Below are positions 45,276-45,653 of a DNA stretch of 45,653 nucleotides, piece after piece. The stretch lies in the NCBI GenBank assembly GCA_000708835.1, contig DF237613.1, positions 1 to 45,653 on the forward strand, written 5' to 3'. Within the stretch, counting starts at the first letter, position 1; every line of letters begins with the position of its first letter. Under the pieces are notes generated by a model. It made no database searches. It was not told the DNA's origin and saw only the letters and a list, made by a program, of their open reading frames with translations. The translations under genes and the position numbers were made by a program. Source of the DNA: Klebsormidium nitens (Eukaryota > Plantae > Klebsormidiophyceae).

Positions 45276-45653
45276 TAATCTACGATGTGATACTGAACTT
45301 CGCTCATAGATTGCCGGCGACCAAGGTTGCCGGAAGCGTTGATCTAAGTACCGATCTCATGTACCGGGAAGTTTGAACCAGCTTTTGAAGGTAGTACAGT
45401 GGTCGGTTAGCTTGATAGGTCAGCCGGGATGGTCGACCGGGTCAACGCGACTTATAACCTTGAAATTCCAAAATCAGTCCAATTCTACATTCGGCTTGTT
45501 GCCCCGAGTATGTGGATGCGGCGACCCATTGTGTGCAATATACGGTGGCAGAGTCGCTATAACAAGCCCCCCCGAGGAGTCGTTTTCGACGGCCTTGTCA
45601 ATTGGTAGTAGATTCCGTTCGATAAAGTGCTTTACGTGCTAATCCGTCAAAAG

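Noticed and set aside
45280-45653. Possible coding sequence at the window end
   Set aside because: Only short open frames with no recognisable motif; truncated by the window edge.

Overview
Intron-rich eukaryotic DNA. I infer a plastid-bearing green-lineage organism, probably a streptophyte alga such as Klebsormidium (CDKG, CLB1/SYT-type synaptotagmin, transit-peptide-like SDR leader). I assembled exons by hand from GT-AG junctions and checked their phases. Contents in order: (1) the 3' part of an intron-containing DDE transposase element resembling the Zator superfamily, carrying CXC and homeodomain-like modules, with its right TIR ending at 3860; (2) a TIGR00027/LCM-type SAM methyltransferase (+); (3) a frame-disrupted helical protein with a C-terminal MYND finger (+); (4) an SMP-C2 synaptotagmin with an apparent ~800-aa repetitive N-terminal extension (-); (5) a PLAC8 protein (+); (6) a CDKG/CDK11 kinase (-); (7) an RDH/Tic32-like SDR (+); (8) a short non-autonomous element with a related TIR starting at 44736. 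The most striking pattern is recurrent 'splice-junction echoes': tandem ~110-180 bp duplications of intron-end plus exon-start (once exon-end plus intron-start) stacked inside introns of four genes, weakly in a fifth. They leave decoy or poison acceptors and one candidate newborn micro-exon. No rRNA, tRNA or CRISPR array was recognised. No database searches were run; family calls come from motif recognition.
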